From contig CAWGVS010000006.1 in NCBI GenBank assembly GCA_963826115.1, forward strand, positions 512,001 to 576,000: a DNA stretch of 64,000 bases. Direction: 5' to 3'. Origin of the DNA: an uncultured Candidatus Rokubacteria bacterium (GTDB lineage Bacteria; Methylomirabilota; Methylomirabilia; Rokubacteriales; DASRDR01). The position numbers and the translations under genes are program-made. The number at the start of each line of letters is the position of its first letter. Within the stretch, counting starts at the first letter, position 1. A model generated the notes under the pieces. That model saw only the letters and a list, made by a program, of their open reading frames with translations. It was not told where the DNA came from and did no database searches. Shown here piece by piece: positions 1-10,699 of this stretch.

Positions 1-1373
<1,373 letters not shown>

Positions 1374-1383
1374 GAGGCGCGCC

Positions 1384-2235
1384 GTGGCGGCATCCGGTCA
1401 TCAGGCGCAGTCGGCGGCCGTGGAGGCCGCGGGGATCACCGCCCGTCGCCTCCCGGCGGGGCGGGGGATCCGCATCGAGGGCCCGACCCGGTGGGACCAG
1501 TGGTGGATCGAGCCGGCGCTGGTCGTGCTGGTCCTCGGAGCCTTCATCGTGTACTCGACGTGGGCCGCCTTCCAGAACGCCCACTACTACGCGGCGCCGT
1601 ACCTGTCGCCCTTCTACTCGCCGTGCCTCTCGACGGACTGCCAGCACGTCACCGTGCCGCTCTTCGGCAAGCTGCCGGCGCTCCCGATCATCGGCGTCGT
1701 GTCCCCGGCGTTCCTGATCCTGTGGGGACCGGGCCTGTTCCGCCTGACCTGCTACTACTACCGCAAGGCCTACTACCGCTCCTTCTGGGCCGCGCCGCCG
1801 GCGTGCGCGGTGGGCGACATCCGCCCGACCTACACGGGGGAGACCCGCTTCCCGCTGATCTTCCAGAACCTCCACCGCTACATGTTCTACGTGGCGGTGC
1901 TGTTCATCGTGGTGCTCGCCTACGACGCGCTCCTCGCGTTCCGGTTCCCGGGCGGGCGGTTCGGGATCGGCGTCGGCACCCTCGTGATGTGCCTGAACGT
2001 CGTCTTCCTCGCCGGCTACACCTTCTCGTGCCACAGCTGCCGGCACCTGTGCGGCGGCGCGGTGAACCAGTTCTCGAAGGCGCCGACCCGCTATGCCCTG
2101 TGGAAGTACGTCACCCGGCTGAACGAGCGACACCCGACCTTCGCGTGGCTGTCACTGTTCAGCGTCGGGCTGACGGACCTCTACATCCGGCTGGTGTCGA
2201 TGGGGGTCATCCGGGACCTCCGCATCGTCTTCTGA
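1384..2235 (+). CDS. Succinate dehydrogenase membrane anchor, mycobacterial Sdh1 (Rv0249c/SdhF-like) type
   Basis: Multi-TM protein with YLSPFYSP, FRLTCYYYRKAYYRSFW..PPAC, YTGETRFP, QNLHRY and SCHSCRH motifs, directly upstream of sdhA. Confidence 0.85.
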   Translation: MAASGHQAQSAAVEAAGITARRLPAGRGIRIEGPTRWDQWWIEPALVVLVLGAFIVYSTWAAFQNAHYYAAPYLSPFYSPCLSTDCQHVTVPLFGKLPALPIIGVVSPAFLILWGPGLFRLTCYYYRKAYYRSFWAAPPACAVGDIRPTYTGETRFPLIFQNLHRYMFYVAVLFIVVLAYDALLAFRFPGGRFGIGVGTLVMCLNVVFLAGYTFSCHSCRHLCGGAVNQFSKAPTRYALWKYVTRLNERHPTFAWLSLFSVGLTDLYIRLVSMGVIRDLRIVF

Positions 2236-2290
2236 CAGGGGCCACAGGCCGAAGGCCGTCCAATCAACAGTCAGGAGTGAGGGGAGCCCA

Positions 2291-4099
2291 GTGAGCGCGC
2301 TGACGCAGCACGAGGTCCACGAGTACGACGTCGTCGTGATCGGCGCCGGCGGGGCCGGCCTCCGCGCCGCGATCGAGGCCGCCTCCCAGGGCGCGCGCGC
2401 CGCCATCGTCTGCAAGTCGCTGCTCGGGAAGGCGCACACGGTCATGGCCGAGGGCGGTATCGCCGCCGCGCTCCGCAACGTGTGGCCGGAGGACAGCTGG
2501 CAGGTCCACTTCCGGGACACCATGCGCGGCGGCAAGATGCTGAACCACTGGCGGATGGCGCAGCTCCACGCCCAGGAGGCGCCGGACCGCGTCCTCGAGC
2601 TCGAGCGCTGGGGCGCCCTGTTCGATCGGACCAAGGACGGCCGGATCCTCCAGCGGGACTTCGGCGGCCACCGCTACGCGCGGCTCGCGCACGTCGGGGA
2701 CCGGACCGGCCTCGAGATGATCCGGACGCTCCAGCAGCACGCCGTGCACCTCGGCATCGACGTGTTCATGGAGTGCACCGTCAACCGGCTCCTCAAGGAC
2801 GGCGAGCGCGTGACGGGGGCGGTCGCGTACTGGCGCCAGAGCGGGAAGTTCATCGTGTTCAAGGCGCCGGCGGTCGTGCTCGCCACCGGAGGCATCGGCA
2901 AGTCGTACTCGATCACGTCGAACTCCTGGGAGTACACCGGGGACGGCCACGCGATGGCGCTCCACGCGGGCGCCGACCTCATCGACATGGAGTTCGTCCA
3001 GTTCCACCCGACCGGCATGGTCTGGCCCAAGAGCGTGGCCGGGATCCTGGTCACGGAGGGCGTCCGGGGCGACGGCGGGACGCTCCGGAACAGCAAGGGC
3101 GAGCGCTTCATGTTCCGCTACATCCCGGACTTCTTCAAGGCGGAGACGGCGGACAACGAGGCCGAGGCCGACCGGTGGTACGAGGACAAGAAGAACAACC
3201 GGCGGACCCCGGACCTCCTCCCGCGCGACGAGGTGGCCCGCGCCATCAACGCCGAGGTCAAGGCGGGCCGCGGCAGCCCCCGCGGCGGCGTCTTCCTCGA
3301 CATCTCCACGCGCCGCTCGCCCGACTACATCCGGCGCCGCCTGCCCTCGATGTACCACCAGTTCAAGGAGCTGGCGGGCGTCGACATCACGAAGGAGCCG
3401 ATGGAGGTCGGTCCGACCTGCCACTACGTGATGGGCGGCGTCCGCGTCGATCCCGACACGACGGCGGCGGTCGGGCTTTCGGGGCTCTTCGCGGCCGGCG
3501 AGGTTGCCGGCGGCATGCACGGCTCGAACCGGCTGGGCGGGAACTCGCTCTCGGACCTGCTCGTCTTCGGCCGGCGGGCCGGCCACTACGCCGCCGAGCA
3601 CGCGCGGGCCGCCAAGGGGACGCTGGCCCTCGATGGCCGCCAGGTCGAGGCCGCGGTGCGGGACGTGATGGCGCCCGTCGAGCGGACGGGCGGCGAGAAC
3701 CCCTACGAGATCCAGAAGGACCTTCAGGAGCTCATGCAGCGCCTGGTCGGCATCATCCGGACCGAGTCGGAGCTGAAGGAGGCGGTGGTGCAGATCGGTC
3801 GCCTCGAGGAGCGCGCGGCGCGGGTCGGCGTGCACGGCAGCCTCACCTACAATCCCGGCTGGCACCTGGCCCTCGATCTCCAGCACCTCCTCGCGGTCTC
3901 CGGCGCCATCGCGCTGGCCGCGCTCGAGCGGAAGGAGAGCCGTGGCGGCCACACGCGCGACGACTACCCGGGCCCGGATCCCCACTTCGGCAAGGTCAAC
4001 GTGGTCGTGCGGATGCGGGACGGGCAGCTCCAGGTGACCCAGGAGCCGCTTCCCGGGATGCCCTCCGAGCTCGCCACGCTGTTCGAGGAGAAGAAATGA
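2291..4099 (+). CDS. sdhA: Succinate dehydrogenase/fumarate reductase flavoprotein subunit
   Basis: GAGGAG FAD motif, AHTVMAEGG (covalent FAD His), QFHPTG, HYVMGG, HGSNRLGGNSL, ESRGGH. Confidence 0.96.
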   Translation: MSALTQHEVHEYDVVVIGAGGAGLRAAIEAASQGARAAIVCKSLLGKAHTVMAEGGIAAALRNVWPEDSWQVHFRDTMRGGKMLNHWRMAQLHAQEAPDRVLELERWGALFDRTKDGRILQRDFGGHRYARLAHVGDRTGLEMIRTLQQHAVHLGIDVFMECTVNRLLKDGERVTGAVAYWRQSGKFIVFKAPAVVLATGGIGKSYSITSNSWEYTGDGHAMALHAGADLIDMEFVQFHPTGMVWPKSVAGILVTEGVRGDGGTLRNSKGERFMFRYIPDFFKAETADNEAEADRWYEDKKNNRRTPDLLPRDEVARAINAEVKAGRGSPRGGVFLDISTRRSPDYIRRRLPSMYHQFKELAGVDITKEPMEVGPTCHYVMGGVRVDPDTTAAVGLSGLFAAGEVAGGMHGSNRLGGNSLSDLLVFGRRAGHYAAEHARAAKGTLALDGRQVEAAVRDVMAPVERTGGENPYEIQKDLQELMQRLVGIIRTESELKEAVVQIGRLEERAARVGVHGSLTYNPGWHLALDLQHLLAVSGAIALAALERKESRGGHTRDDYPGPDPHFGKVNVVVRMRDGQLQVTQEPLPGMPSELATLFEEKK

Positions 4100-4860
4100 C
4101 GACGGCCGCGCGCCCCACGCGAGAGGTCTCGATGCACGTCTTCCGCGGCGACGCGGAGGGCGGGGAGTTCCGCGAGTACCGGGTCCCGGTCGAGGAGGGC
4201 CTGGTCGTCCTCGACGTCATCCACCGCATCCAGGGCACCCAGGCCAACGACCTGGCCGTCCGCTGGAACTGCAAGGCCGGCAAGTGCGGGTCCTGCAGCG
4301 CCGAGGTGAACGGCAAGCCGCGGCTCATGTGCATGACCCGGATGGAGATCTTCCCGGAGGGGGAGCCCATCACGGTGGCGCCGCTCAAGACGTTCCCGCT
4401 GGTCAAGGACCTGGTCACCGACGTGTCGTTCAACTACGAGGCGGCGAAGCAGATCCCGGCGTTCCGGCCGCGGCCGCCCGAGGCGGACGGCACCTACCGG
4501 ATGATGCAGGAGGACATCGACCGCGGGCAGGAGTTCCGGAAGTGCATCGAGTGCTTCCTCTGCCAGAACGTTTGCCACGTGATCCGGGACCACGAGGAGA
4601 ACAAGCCGCAGTTCTTCGGGCCTCGCTTCTTCGTGCGCCTGGCCGAGCTCGACATGCACCCGCTCGACACGGTCGACCGCCGGGAGCTCGTCCGGGCGCG
4701 CGGGGGCATCGGCCTCTGCAACATCACGAAGTGCTGCACCGAGGTCTGCCCCGAGCACATCAAGATCACGGACAACGCGATCATTCCGCTGAAGGAGCGC
4801 GTGGTCGACGACCACTACGACCCCGTGATGTGGGTCCTCCGGAAACTGGGCGGCAAGTAG
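4096..4860 (+). CDS. sdhB: Succinate dehydrogenase iron-sulfur subunit
   Basis: C-terminal part of track ORF 2482..4860; ATG overlaps sdhA stop (ATGA); CKAGKCGSC..C, CIECFLCQNVC and CNITKCCTEVCP cluster motifs. Confidence 0.95.
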   Translation: MTTAARPTREVSMHVFRGDAEGGEFREYRVPVEEGLVVLDVIHRIQGTQANDLAVRWNCKAGKCGSCSAEVNGKPRLMCMTRMEIFPEGEPITVAPLKTFPLVKDLVTDVSFNYEAAKQIPAFRPRPPEADGTYRMMQEDIDRGQEFRKCIECFLCQNVCHVIRDHEENKPQFFGPRFFVRLAELDMHPLDTVDRRELVRARGGIGLCNITKCCTEVCPEHIKITDNAIIPLKERVVDDHYDPVMWVLRKLGGK

Positions 4861-4900
4861 GCCCCCGGCGCTCGCGGGTCACCGCGCCCCGACCCCCCTC

Positions 4901-6070
4901 ATGAAGATCCACGAGTACCAGGCGAAGGACATCCTCCGGGAGTTCGGCGTGCCCGTGCCGCGCGGCGAGGTCGCCGCCACCGCGGCCGAGGCCCGCGCGA
5001 TTGCCGAGCGCCTGGGCGGCCGCGTCGTCGTGAAGGCCCAGGTCCACGCGGGCGGTCGGGGAAAGGCCGGCGGCGTGAAGGTCGCCGACGACCCGACGGG
5101 CGCCGAGGCGGCCGCCCGGCAGATCCTCGGGATGCGGCTCCGCACGCCCCAGACGCCGCCCGAGGGCATCACCGTCCTGAAGGTCCTGGTGGAGGAAGCC
5201 TCCGCGATCGCGCAGGAGCTGTACCTGGCCGTCACGCTCGACCGGGGCCGAGGCGGCCACGTGGTCATGGCGAGCCAGGCCGGCGGCATGGACATCGAGG
5301 AGGTCGCGGCCTCTCATCCCGAGCGGATCGTCCGCGAGTGGGCGGATCCCGCGCTCGGGCTCCAGGGGTTCCAGGCGCGCGCGCTCGCCTTCGGTCTCGG
5401 CCTGTCCGGGGACCAACTCAAAGCGGGCGTGGGCCTGATCCAGGGGCTCTTCCGCGCATACCTCGCCAAGGACTGCTCGCTCGCCGAGATCAACCCGCTG
5501 GTCGTCACGCGCGACGGCCGGGTGCTCGCCCTCGACGCCAAGCTCAATTTCGACGACAACGCGCTCTTCCGGCACCCGGAGGTGGCGGCCCTCCGCGACG
5601 CCAACGAGGAGGATCCGCTCGACGTCGAGGCCTCGAAGCACGGGCTCAACTACATCAAGCTCGACGGCAACGTCGGCTGCATGGTCAACGGGGCCGGGCT
5701 CGCGATGGCGACAATGGACATCGTGAAGCTGGCCGGCGGGGCGCCCGCGAACTTCCTCGACGTCGGGGGCGGAGCGTCGCCCGAGCAGATCGAGAGCGCG
5801 TTCCGGATCCTATCCTCGGATGGGAGCGTCAAGGCGGTGTTCATCAACGTGTTCGGCGGGATCCTCCGCTGCGACCGCCTGGCCGCGGGGCTGATCGCCG
5901 CCGTGCAGAAGCTCGGGGTCCGGATGCCCATCGTCGTCCGCATGGAAGGCACCAACGTCGAGCTCGGCCGGAAGATGCTCGCCGAGTCCGGCCTCAACTT
6001 CACGACGGCGGCCGACATGGGCGACGGCGCCGACAAGGCCGTCGCCCTCGCCGCCGGGCCCCGCCCATGA
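4901..6070 (+). CDS. sucC: Succinyl-CoA synthetase beta subunit
   Basis: MKIHEYQAK, KAQVHAGGRGKAGGV, EINPL, NGAGLAMAT, NFLDVGGG. Confidence 0.98.
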   Translation: MKIHEYQAKDILREFGVPVPRGEVAATAAEARAIAERLGGRVVVKAQVHAGGRGKAGGVKVADDPTGAEAAARQILGMRLRTPQTPPEGITVLKVLVEEASAIAQELYLAVTLDRGRGGHVVMASQAGGMDIEEVAASHPERIVREWADPALGLQGFQARALAFGLGLSGDQLKAGVGLIQGLFRAYLAKDCSLAEINPLVVTRDGRVLALDAKLNFDDNALFRHPEVAALRDANEEDPLDVEASKHGLNYIKLDGNVGCMVNGAGLAMATMDIVKLAGGAPANFLDVGGGASPEQIESAFRILSSDGSVKAVFINVFGGILRCDRLAAGLIAAVQKLGVRMPIVVRMEGTNVELGRKMLAESGLNFTTAADMGDGADKAVALAAGPRP

Positions 6071-6168
6071 ATCAAAATCGGGGTCAGGCCTTATTTTGAT
6101 TTCGGCTGGCTCGGCCGACGCTCTGCCTCGGAAAGCGTCAAAGTTAGGGCCTGACCCCGGAGTTTGAT
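6071..6168. repeat. REP/REPIN- or MITE-like inverted-repeat element (~98 bp) between sucC and sucD
   Basis: Left arm ATCAAAATCGGGGTCAGGCCTTATTTTGA pairs with right arm TCAAAGTTAGGGCCTGACCCCGGAGTTTGAT; AT-rich relative to flanks. Confidence 0.7.
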
Positions 6169-6174
6169 GAGCGC

Positions 6175-7053
6175 ATGAGCGTGCTGGTGGGGCGGGAGAC
6201 GCGGGTGGTGGTCCAGGGGATCACCGGCAAGGAGGGCACGTTCCACGCGCTCCGCTGCAAGGAGTACGGCACGCAGGTCGTGGGCGGCGTGACGCCGGGG
6301 AAGGGCGGCACGGTCCACGAGGGGTTTCCGGTGTGGAACACCGTCGCGGACGCCGTGCGGGAGGCGGGCGCCGACTGCGCCCTGATCTTCGTGCCGCCCC
6401 CGGCCGCCGCCGACGCGATCATGGAGGCGACCGCGGCCGGCGTGCCCCTGGTCGTGTGCATCACCGAGGGCATCCCGGTGGGCGACATGGTCCGGGTGAA
6501 GGCGTTCCTGGCCGGCCGCCCGACGCGGCTCCTCGGCCCGAACTGCCCGGGCCTGATCACCCCCGGCCAGGCCAAGATCGGCATCATGCCGGGCCACATC
6601 CACAAGGAGGGCGGGGTCGGCGTGGTGTCGCGGAGCGGCACGCTGACCTACGAGGTCGTTCACCAGCTGACCCAGCGCGGCCTCGGCCAGTCCACGTGCG
6701 TCGGGATCGGCGGCGACCCCGTGAACGGCACGAGCTTCGTCGACGTGCTCCGTCTCTTCCAGGACGATCCCGGGACCGAGGCCATCATGCTGATCGGCGA
6801 GATCGGGGGCACCGCGGAGGAAGAGGCGGCGGCCTTCGTCCGGGCCCACGTCCGGAAGCCCGTCGTCGGCTTCATCTGTGGCCAGACCGCGCCCCCGGGG
6901 CGCCGGATGGGCCACGCCGGCGCCATCATTTCCGGTGGCAAGGGCACCGCCGCCGAGAAGATGCGCGCGATGGAAGCGGCCGGCATCACGACCGTGAAGA
7001 GCCCCGCCGACATGGGCGCCACCGTCGCCCGCGTGCTCGGGCGCGGGCGCTGA
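6175..7053 (+). CDS. sucD: Succinyl-CoA synthetase alpha subunit
   Basis: [40 protein letters not shown] (phospho-His). Confidence 0.98.
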   Translation: MSVLVGRETRVVVQGITGKEGTFHALRCKEYGTQVVGGVTPGKGGTVHEGFPVWNTVADAVREAGADCALIFVPPPAAADAIMEATAAGVPLVVCITEGIPVGDMVRVKAFLAGRPTRLLGPNCPGLITPGQAKIGIMPGHIHKEGGVGVVSRSGTLTYEVVHQLTQRGLGQSTCVGIGGDPVNGTSFVDVLRLFQDDPGTEAIMLIGEIGGTAEEEAAAFVRAHVRKPVVGFICGQTAPPGRRMGHAGAIISGGKGTAAEKMRAMEAAGITTVKSPADMGATVARVLGRGR

Positions 7054-7081
7054 ACCGCTAGCCCAGGGAGAGAGGCGACTG

Positions 7082-7507
7082 ATGGCGCTCGAGCGCACCC
7101 TCACCATCATCAAGCCGGACGCGGTCCAGAAGGGCGTCGCCGGCCGGGTGATCGCCAAGATCGAGGAGGCGGGCTTCCGGATCCTGGCCGCCAAGCTCGT
7201 CCACCTGACGCCGGCCCAGGCCGGGGGGTTCTACATCGTCCACAAGGACCGGCCCTTCTTCCGGAGCCTGGCCGACTTCATGACGTCCGGACCGTGCATT
7301 CCCATGGTCCTCGAGGCCGACCACGCCATCCAGCGCCTCCGGGACCTGATGGGCGCGACGGACCCGGCGAAGGCCGCGCCCGGCACGATCCGGCGCGAGT
7401 TCGCGTCCTCGATCGAGGCGAACGTCATCCACGGCTCGGACTCGCCGCAGTCGGCCGCGTTCGAGATCCCGTACTTCTTCCCGGCGCTGGAGATCCATGC
7501 GCGCTAG
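7082..7507 (+). CDS. ndk: Nucleoside diphosphate kinase
   Basis: [25 protein letters not shown] active site. Confidence 0.98.
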   Translation: MALERTLTIIKPDAVQKGVAGRVIAKIEEAGFRILAAKLVHLTPAQAGGFYIVHKDRPFFRSLADFMTSGPCIPMVLEADHAIQRLRDLMGATDPAKAAPGTIRREFASSIEANVIHGSDSPQSAAFEIPYFFPALEIHAR

Positions 7508-8507
7508 CGGTCGGCGCGCCGGCCGGCTCGCCCTCGTCGCGGCCGTCGTGATCCTGCTGGCATGGATCCCGGGGCCGGCGGGGGCGCAGGGCAAGAAGGT
7601 CAAGGTCGGTGTCCTCAAGCTGAGCTCGTCGGCGCCGATCTTCCTGGGCGTGGAGCGGGGGACATTCCGGGAGTTCGGCATCGAGCCCGAGCTCGTCTAC
7701 TTCCAGGCCGCCCAGCCGGTGGCGGTGGCGATCGCGGCGGGCGAGATCGAGGTGGGGGCCACGGGCCTCACCGCGGGCCTCTACAACGTCGTCGCCGGCG
7801 GCGAGAAGCTCTGGGTCGTCGCCGACAAGGGCCGCGAGTGGCCCGGGTACCCGCTGACGGCTTTAGTGGTCCAGAAGGACGGGCCCGTTCGATCGGTCCG
7901 CGACCTCAAGGGCCGGAAGGTCGGCATCACCCAGCTCGGGTCGACGTTCCACTACATGCTGGGCAACCTCCTCGAGCAGGAGGGGCTCTCGCTCGGGGAC
8001 GTGGAGCCGGCTCCGCTCCGCACGCTCGGCGCGATGGCCGAGGCGCTCCAGGCGCGCCGGGTCGACGCGATCCTGATCCCGCAGCCGTTTGCCGGCACCG
8101 CGGTCGAGAGCGGCTCCGGGCGGATCCTGTTCTGGGTGGGGGACAAGCTGCCCTACCAGGTCGCGGCGATCTTCTACTCGAAGGCCTTCGCCCAGGACCG
8201 CGAGCGGGCCGTCGCGTTCATGAAGGGGTACGTGAAGGCGGCGCGCCTCTTCTACGACGCGACATCCTCGAAGAAGGGCGGCTGGGAGGAGGTCGTCCAG
8301 GTGACGGCCCGCTACACGGGCGCCACGCCCGAGGTCATCCGGGTCGGGTTCCCGTACCAGGACCGGGACGGCCGGCTGGACGTGGCCGACATCGGCCGCC
8401 AGCTCGCGTGGTACCACAAGGCCGGCATGGTCACCGCGCCGCTCCAGGCGGGCGATCTCGTGGACACGTCGTTCCTCGAGGAGGCCCTGCGCGCGCTCCC
8501 CCGCTGA
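7497..8507 (+). CDS. ABC substrate-binding protein, SsuA/NMT1/THI5 family
   Basis: Signal peptide ending [12 protein letters not shown] motif, class II PBP pattern. Confidence 0.85.
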   Translation: MRASGRRAGRLALVAAVVILLAWIPGPAGAQGKKVKVGVLKLSSSAPIFLGVERGTFREFGIEPELVYFQAAQPVAVAIAAGEIEVGATGLTAGLYNVVAGGEKLWVVADKGREWPGYPLTALVVQKDGPVRSVRDLKGRKVGITQLGSTFHYMLGNLLEQEGLSLGDVEPAPLRTLGAMAEALQARRVDAILIPQPFAGTAVESGSGRILFWVGDKLPYQVAAIFYSKAFAQDRERAVAFMKGYVKAARLFYDATSSKKGGWEEVVQVTARYTGATPEVIRVGFPYQDRDGRLDVADIGRQLAWYHKAGMVTAPLQAGDLVDTSFLEEALRALPR

Positions 8508-8532
8508 TCGCGGCCGGACGACGCGCAAGGCC

Positions 8533-10035
8533 ATGTTCAAGAAGCTCCTGATCGCCAACCGCGGCGAGATCGCGGTGCGCGTGATACGCGCGTGCCGGGA
8601 CGCCGGGATCCGCACCGTGGCCGTCTTCTCGGAGGCGGATCGGGACGCGCTCCACGTCCGGCTCGCCGACGAGGCGCTGCCGATCGGCCCGCCCGCGGCC
8701 GCCGAGAGCTACCTCGTGATCGATCGTCTGGTCGACGCGGCGCGCCGGAGCGGCGCGGAGGCGGTCCATCCGGGCTACGGGTTTCTGGCCGAGAACGCCC
8801 GCTTCGCCGAGGCGTGCCGCGCGGCCGGTCTCGTGTTCGTGGGGCCCCCCCCGGCGGCGATCGCGCGCATGGGCGACAAGACCGCGGCGCGCCGGGCCGC
8901 GCAGGAGGCGGGGGTGCCGGTCGTGCCCGGCACGCCGGATCCGGTCGCCTCCGACGCGGAGGCGCGCCGGGCGGCGGCGGACCTGGGTTTCCCGGTGATG
9001 ATCAAGGCGGCCCGGGGCGGGGGCGGGAAGGGCATGCGGCTCGTCGCGCACCCCGGGGAGCTCGGGTCGGCGCTCCGGCTGGCGCGCTCGGAGGCGACCG
9101 CGGCGTTCGGGGACGGCGCGGTCTACCTCGAGAAGGCGATCGTCGAGCCCCGCCACGTCGAGATCCAGGTCCTCGCCGACGCGCACGGCGCGGTCGTCTC
9201 TCTGGGCGAGCGGGAGTGCTCGATCCAGCGGCGGCACCAGAAGCTGATCGAGGAGTCGCCGTCGCCGGCCGTCGGCGTGGCCCTCCGCGCGGAGATGGGC
9301 GCGGCCGCCTGCCGGCTCCTGGCGGCGGCGGGCTACCAGAACGCCGGGACGGTCGAGTTCCTCGTCGACGCCGACGGGCGCTTCTACTTCCTCGAGGTCA
9401 ACACCCGGCTCCAGGTCGAGCATCCGGTGACCGAGCTGGTGACGGGGATCGATCTCGTCCGGGAGCAGCTCCGGCTGGCCGCGGGCGAGCCGCTCGGCTA
9501 CGGCCAGGACGCCATCGCGCCGCGCGGCTCGGCGATCGAGTGCCGGATCTCGGCGGAGGATCCCGACGCGGGATTCGTCCCGTCCCCGGGACGCATCGCG
9601 ACGTGGCGGCCGCCCGCCGGGCCGTGGGTGCGCGTCGACGCGGGCGTCTACGAGGGCGCCGAGGTGCCACTCCACTACGATCCGCTGATGGCGAAGCTCA
9701 TCGTGTGGGGCGGGGACCGCGCCGACGCGATCCGGCGGATGCGCCGCGCGCTCGACGAGTTCGGCGTCGCCGGAGTCCGGACCACCATCCCGTTCCACCG
9801 GGCCGTGATGCGCGATCCGGACTTTCTCGCCGGCCGCCTGTCGACGGGGTTCGTCGCGCGGGCCTTCGGGGACGGCCGCGGCCTCGCCGCGCCGTCGCCA
9901 GAGCGCGCCCGGGCGGCCGCGGTGGCGGCCGCGCTCCGGACGCGGGCCCGCGTGCCCGAGGCCGCGCCCCCTCCGCCCGCGCCGTCACGCTGGGCGATGG
10001 CCGGCCGGCCTGGTCCCGGCGCGCCCCGGCGATGA
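8533..10035 (+). CDS. accC: Biotin carboxylase subunit of an acyl-CoA carboxylase
   Basis: IANRGEIA, HPGYGFLAEN, GGGGKGMR, ERECSIQRRHQK, FLEVNTRLQVEHPVTE; substrate specificity not determinable. Confidence 0.9.
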   Translation: MFKKLLIANRGEIAVRVIRACRDAGIRTVAVFSEADRDALHVRLADEALPIGPPAAAESYLVIDRLVDAARRSGAEAVHPGYGFLAENARFAEACRAAGLVFVGPPPAAIARMGDKTAARRAAQEAGVPVVPGTPDPVASDAEARRAAADLGFPVMIKAARGGGGKGMRLVAHPGELGSALRLARSEATAAFGDGAVYLEKAIVEPRHVEIQVLADAHGAVVSLGERECSIQRRHQKLIEESPSPAVGVALRAEMGAAACRLLAAAGYQNAGTVEFLVDADGRFYFLEVNTRLQVEHPVTELVTGIDLVREQLRLAAGEPLGYGQDAIAPRGSAIECRISAEDPDAGFVPSPGRIATWRPPAGPWVRVDAGVYEGAEVPLHYDPLMAKLIVWGGDRADAIRRMRRALDEFGVAGVRTTIPFHRAVMRDPDFLAGRLSTGFVARAFGDGRGLAAPSPERARAAAVAAALRTRARVPEAAPPPPAPSRWAMAGRPGPGAPRR

Positions 10036-10553
10036 CGGGCGCCGGCCGCGGCCGGTCGCGGCTCGCCGTGCGGGTCGGCGGCACGACCTTCCTCGTCGAG
10101 GTGGACGACCTCCCGGGGGGCGGCGTGGAGGTGCGCGTCGACGGGCAGCCCGTCCGGATCGACGCCCGGCTCCCGGCTTCCGGTCCGGGCTCCCTCCTGC
10201 TGGACGGGGTTTCGTACCTCGTCGAGGGAGGGAACGGGCTCGGGGAGACGGACGTGGTGGTGGACGGCGAGGTGCTGCGCGTCCAGGTCGAGGATCTCGC
10301 CACCCGCCGTCCCGGTGCCGCAGCCGCGGCCGCAGCCGCCGGCCGGCGCCTGATCGCCCCGATGCCCGGGAAGGTCGTCGCGGTGCTGGTCGAGGTGGGG
10401 CAGTCGGTGGAGCGCGGCGCGGGGCTCGTCGTCCTCGAGGCGATGAAGATGGAGAACGAGTTCCGGGCGACCGGGCCGGGCGTGGTCAAGGAGGTCCTGG
10501 TCGCGCCGGGGCAGGCGGTGAACGCCGGGGACCTCCTCGTGGTGATCGGCTGA
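10032..10553 (+). CDS. Biotin carboxyl carrier protein
   Basis: C-terminal part of track ORF 8592..10553; ATGA overlap with accC; APMPGKV and EAMKMENE biotinylation motif. Confidence 0.9.
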   Translation: MTGAGRGRSRLAVRVGGTTFLVEVDDLPGGGVEVRVDGQPVRIDARLPASGPGSLLLDGVSYLVEGGNGLGETDVVVDGEVLRVQVEDLATRRPGAAAAAAAAGRRLIAPMPGKVVAVLVEVGQSVERGAGLVVLEAMKMENEFRATGPGVVKEVLVAPGQAVNAGDLLVVIG

Positions 10554-10568
10554 TCCCGGGGGGTTCGC

Positions 10569-10598
10569 TTGACCCCCGCGGGGCGCCCAGCATAATAT
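10569..10598 (+). promoter_or_regulatory. sigma70-type promoter of the ABC-SBP cluster
   Basis: TTGACC at 10569 with CATAAT (16 nt spacer) or TAATAT (18 nt spacer); AT-rich patch in GC-rich DNA. Confidence 0.65.
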
Positions 10599-10699
10599 CT
10601 GGCCACGTCCGAGGAGCCTTTCCGCGCGCTGTCGACCGGCCCGCCAGCGTGAAGCGCGTGGAATCACAGCGAATTCCGAGAATCGGGAGGACAGTCAGC

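Noticed and set aside
2482-4095. Apparent 792-aa SdhB, and similar long N-terminal extensions of other track ORFs (8592, 13837, 31978, 33918, 37939, 46661, 61699)
   Set aside because: Extensions are open shadow frames; real starts have RBSs or stop/start overlaps further downstream
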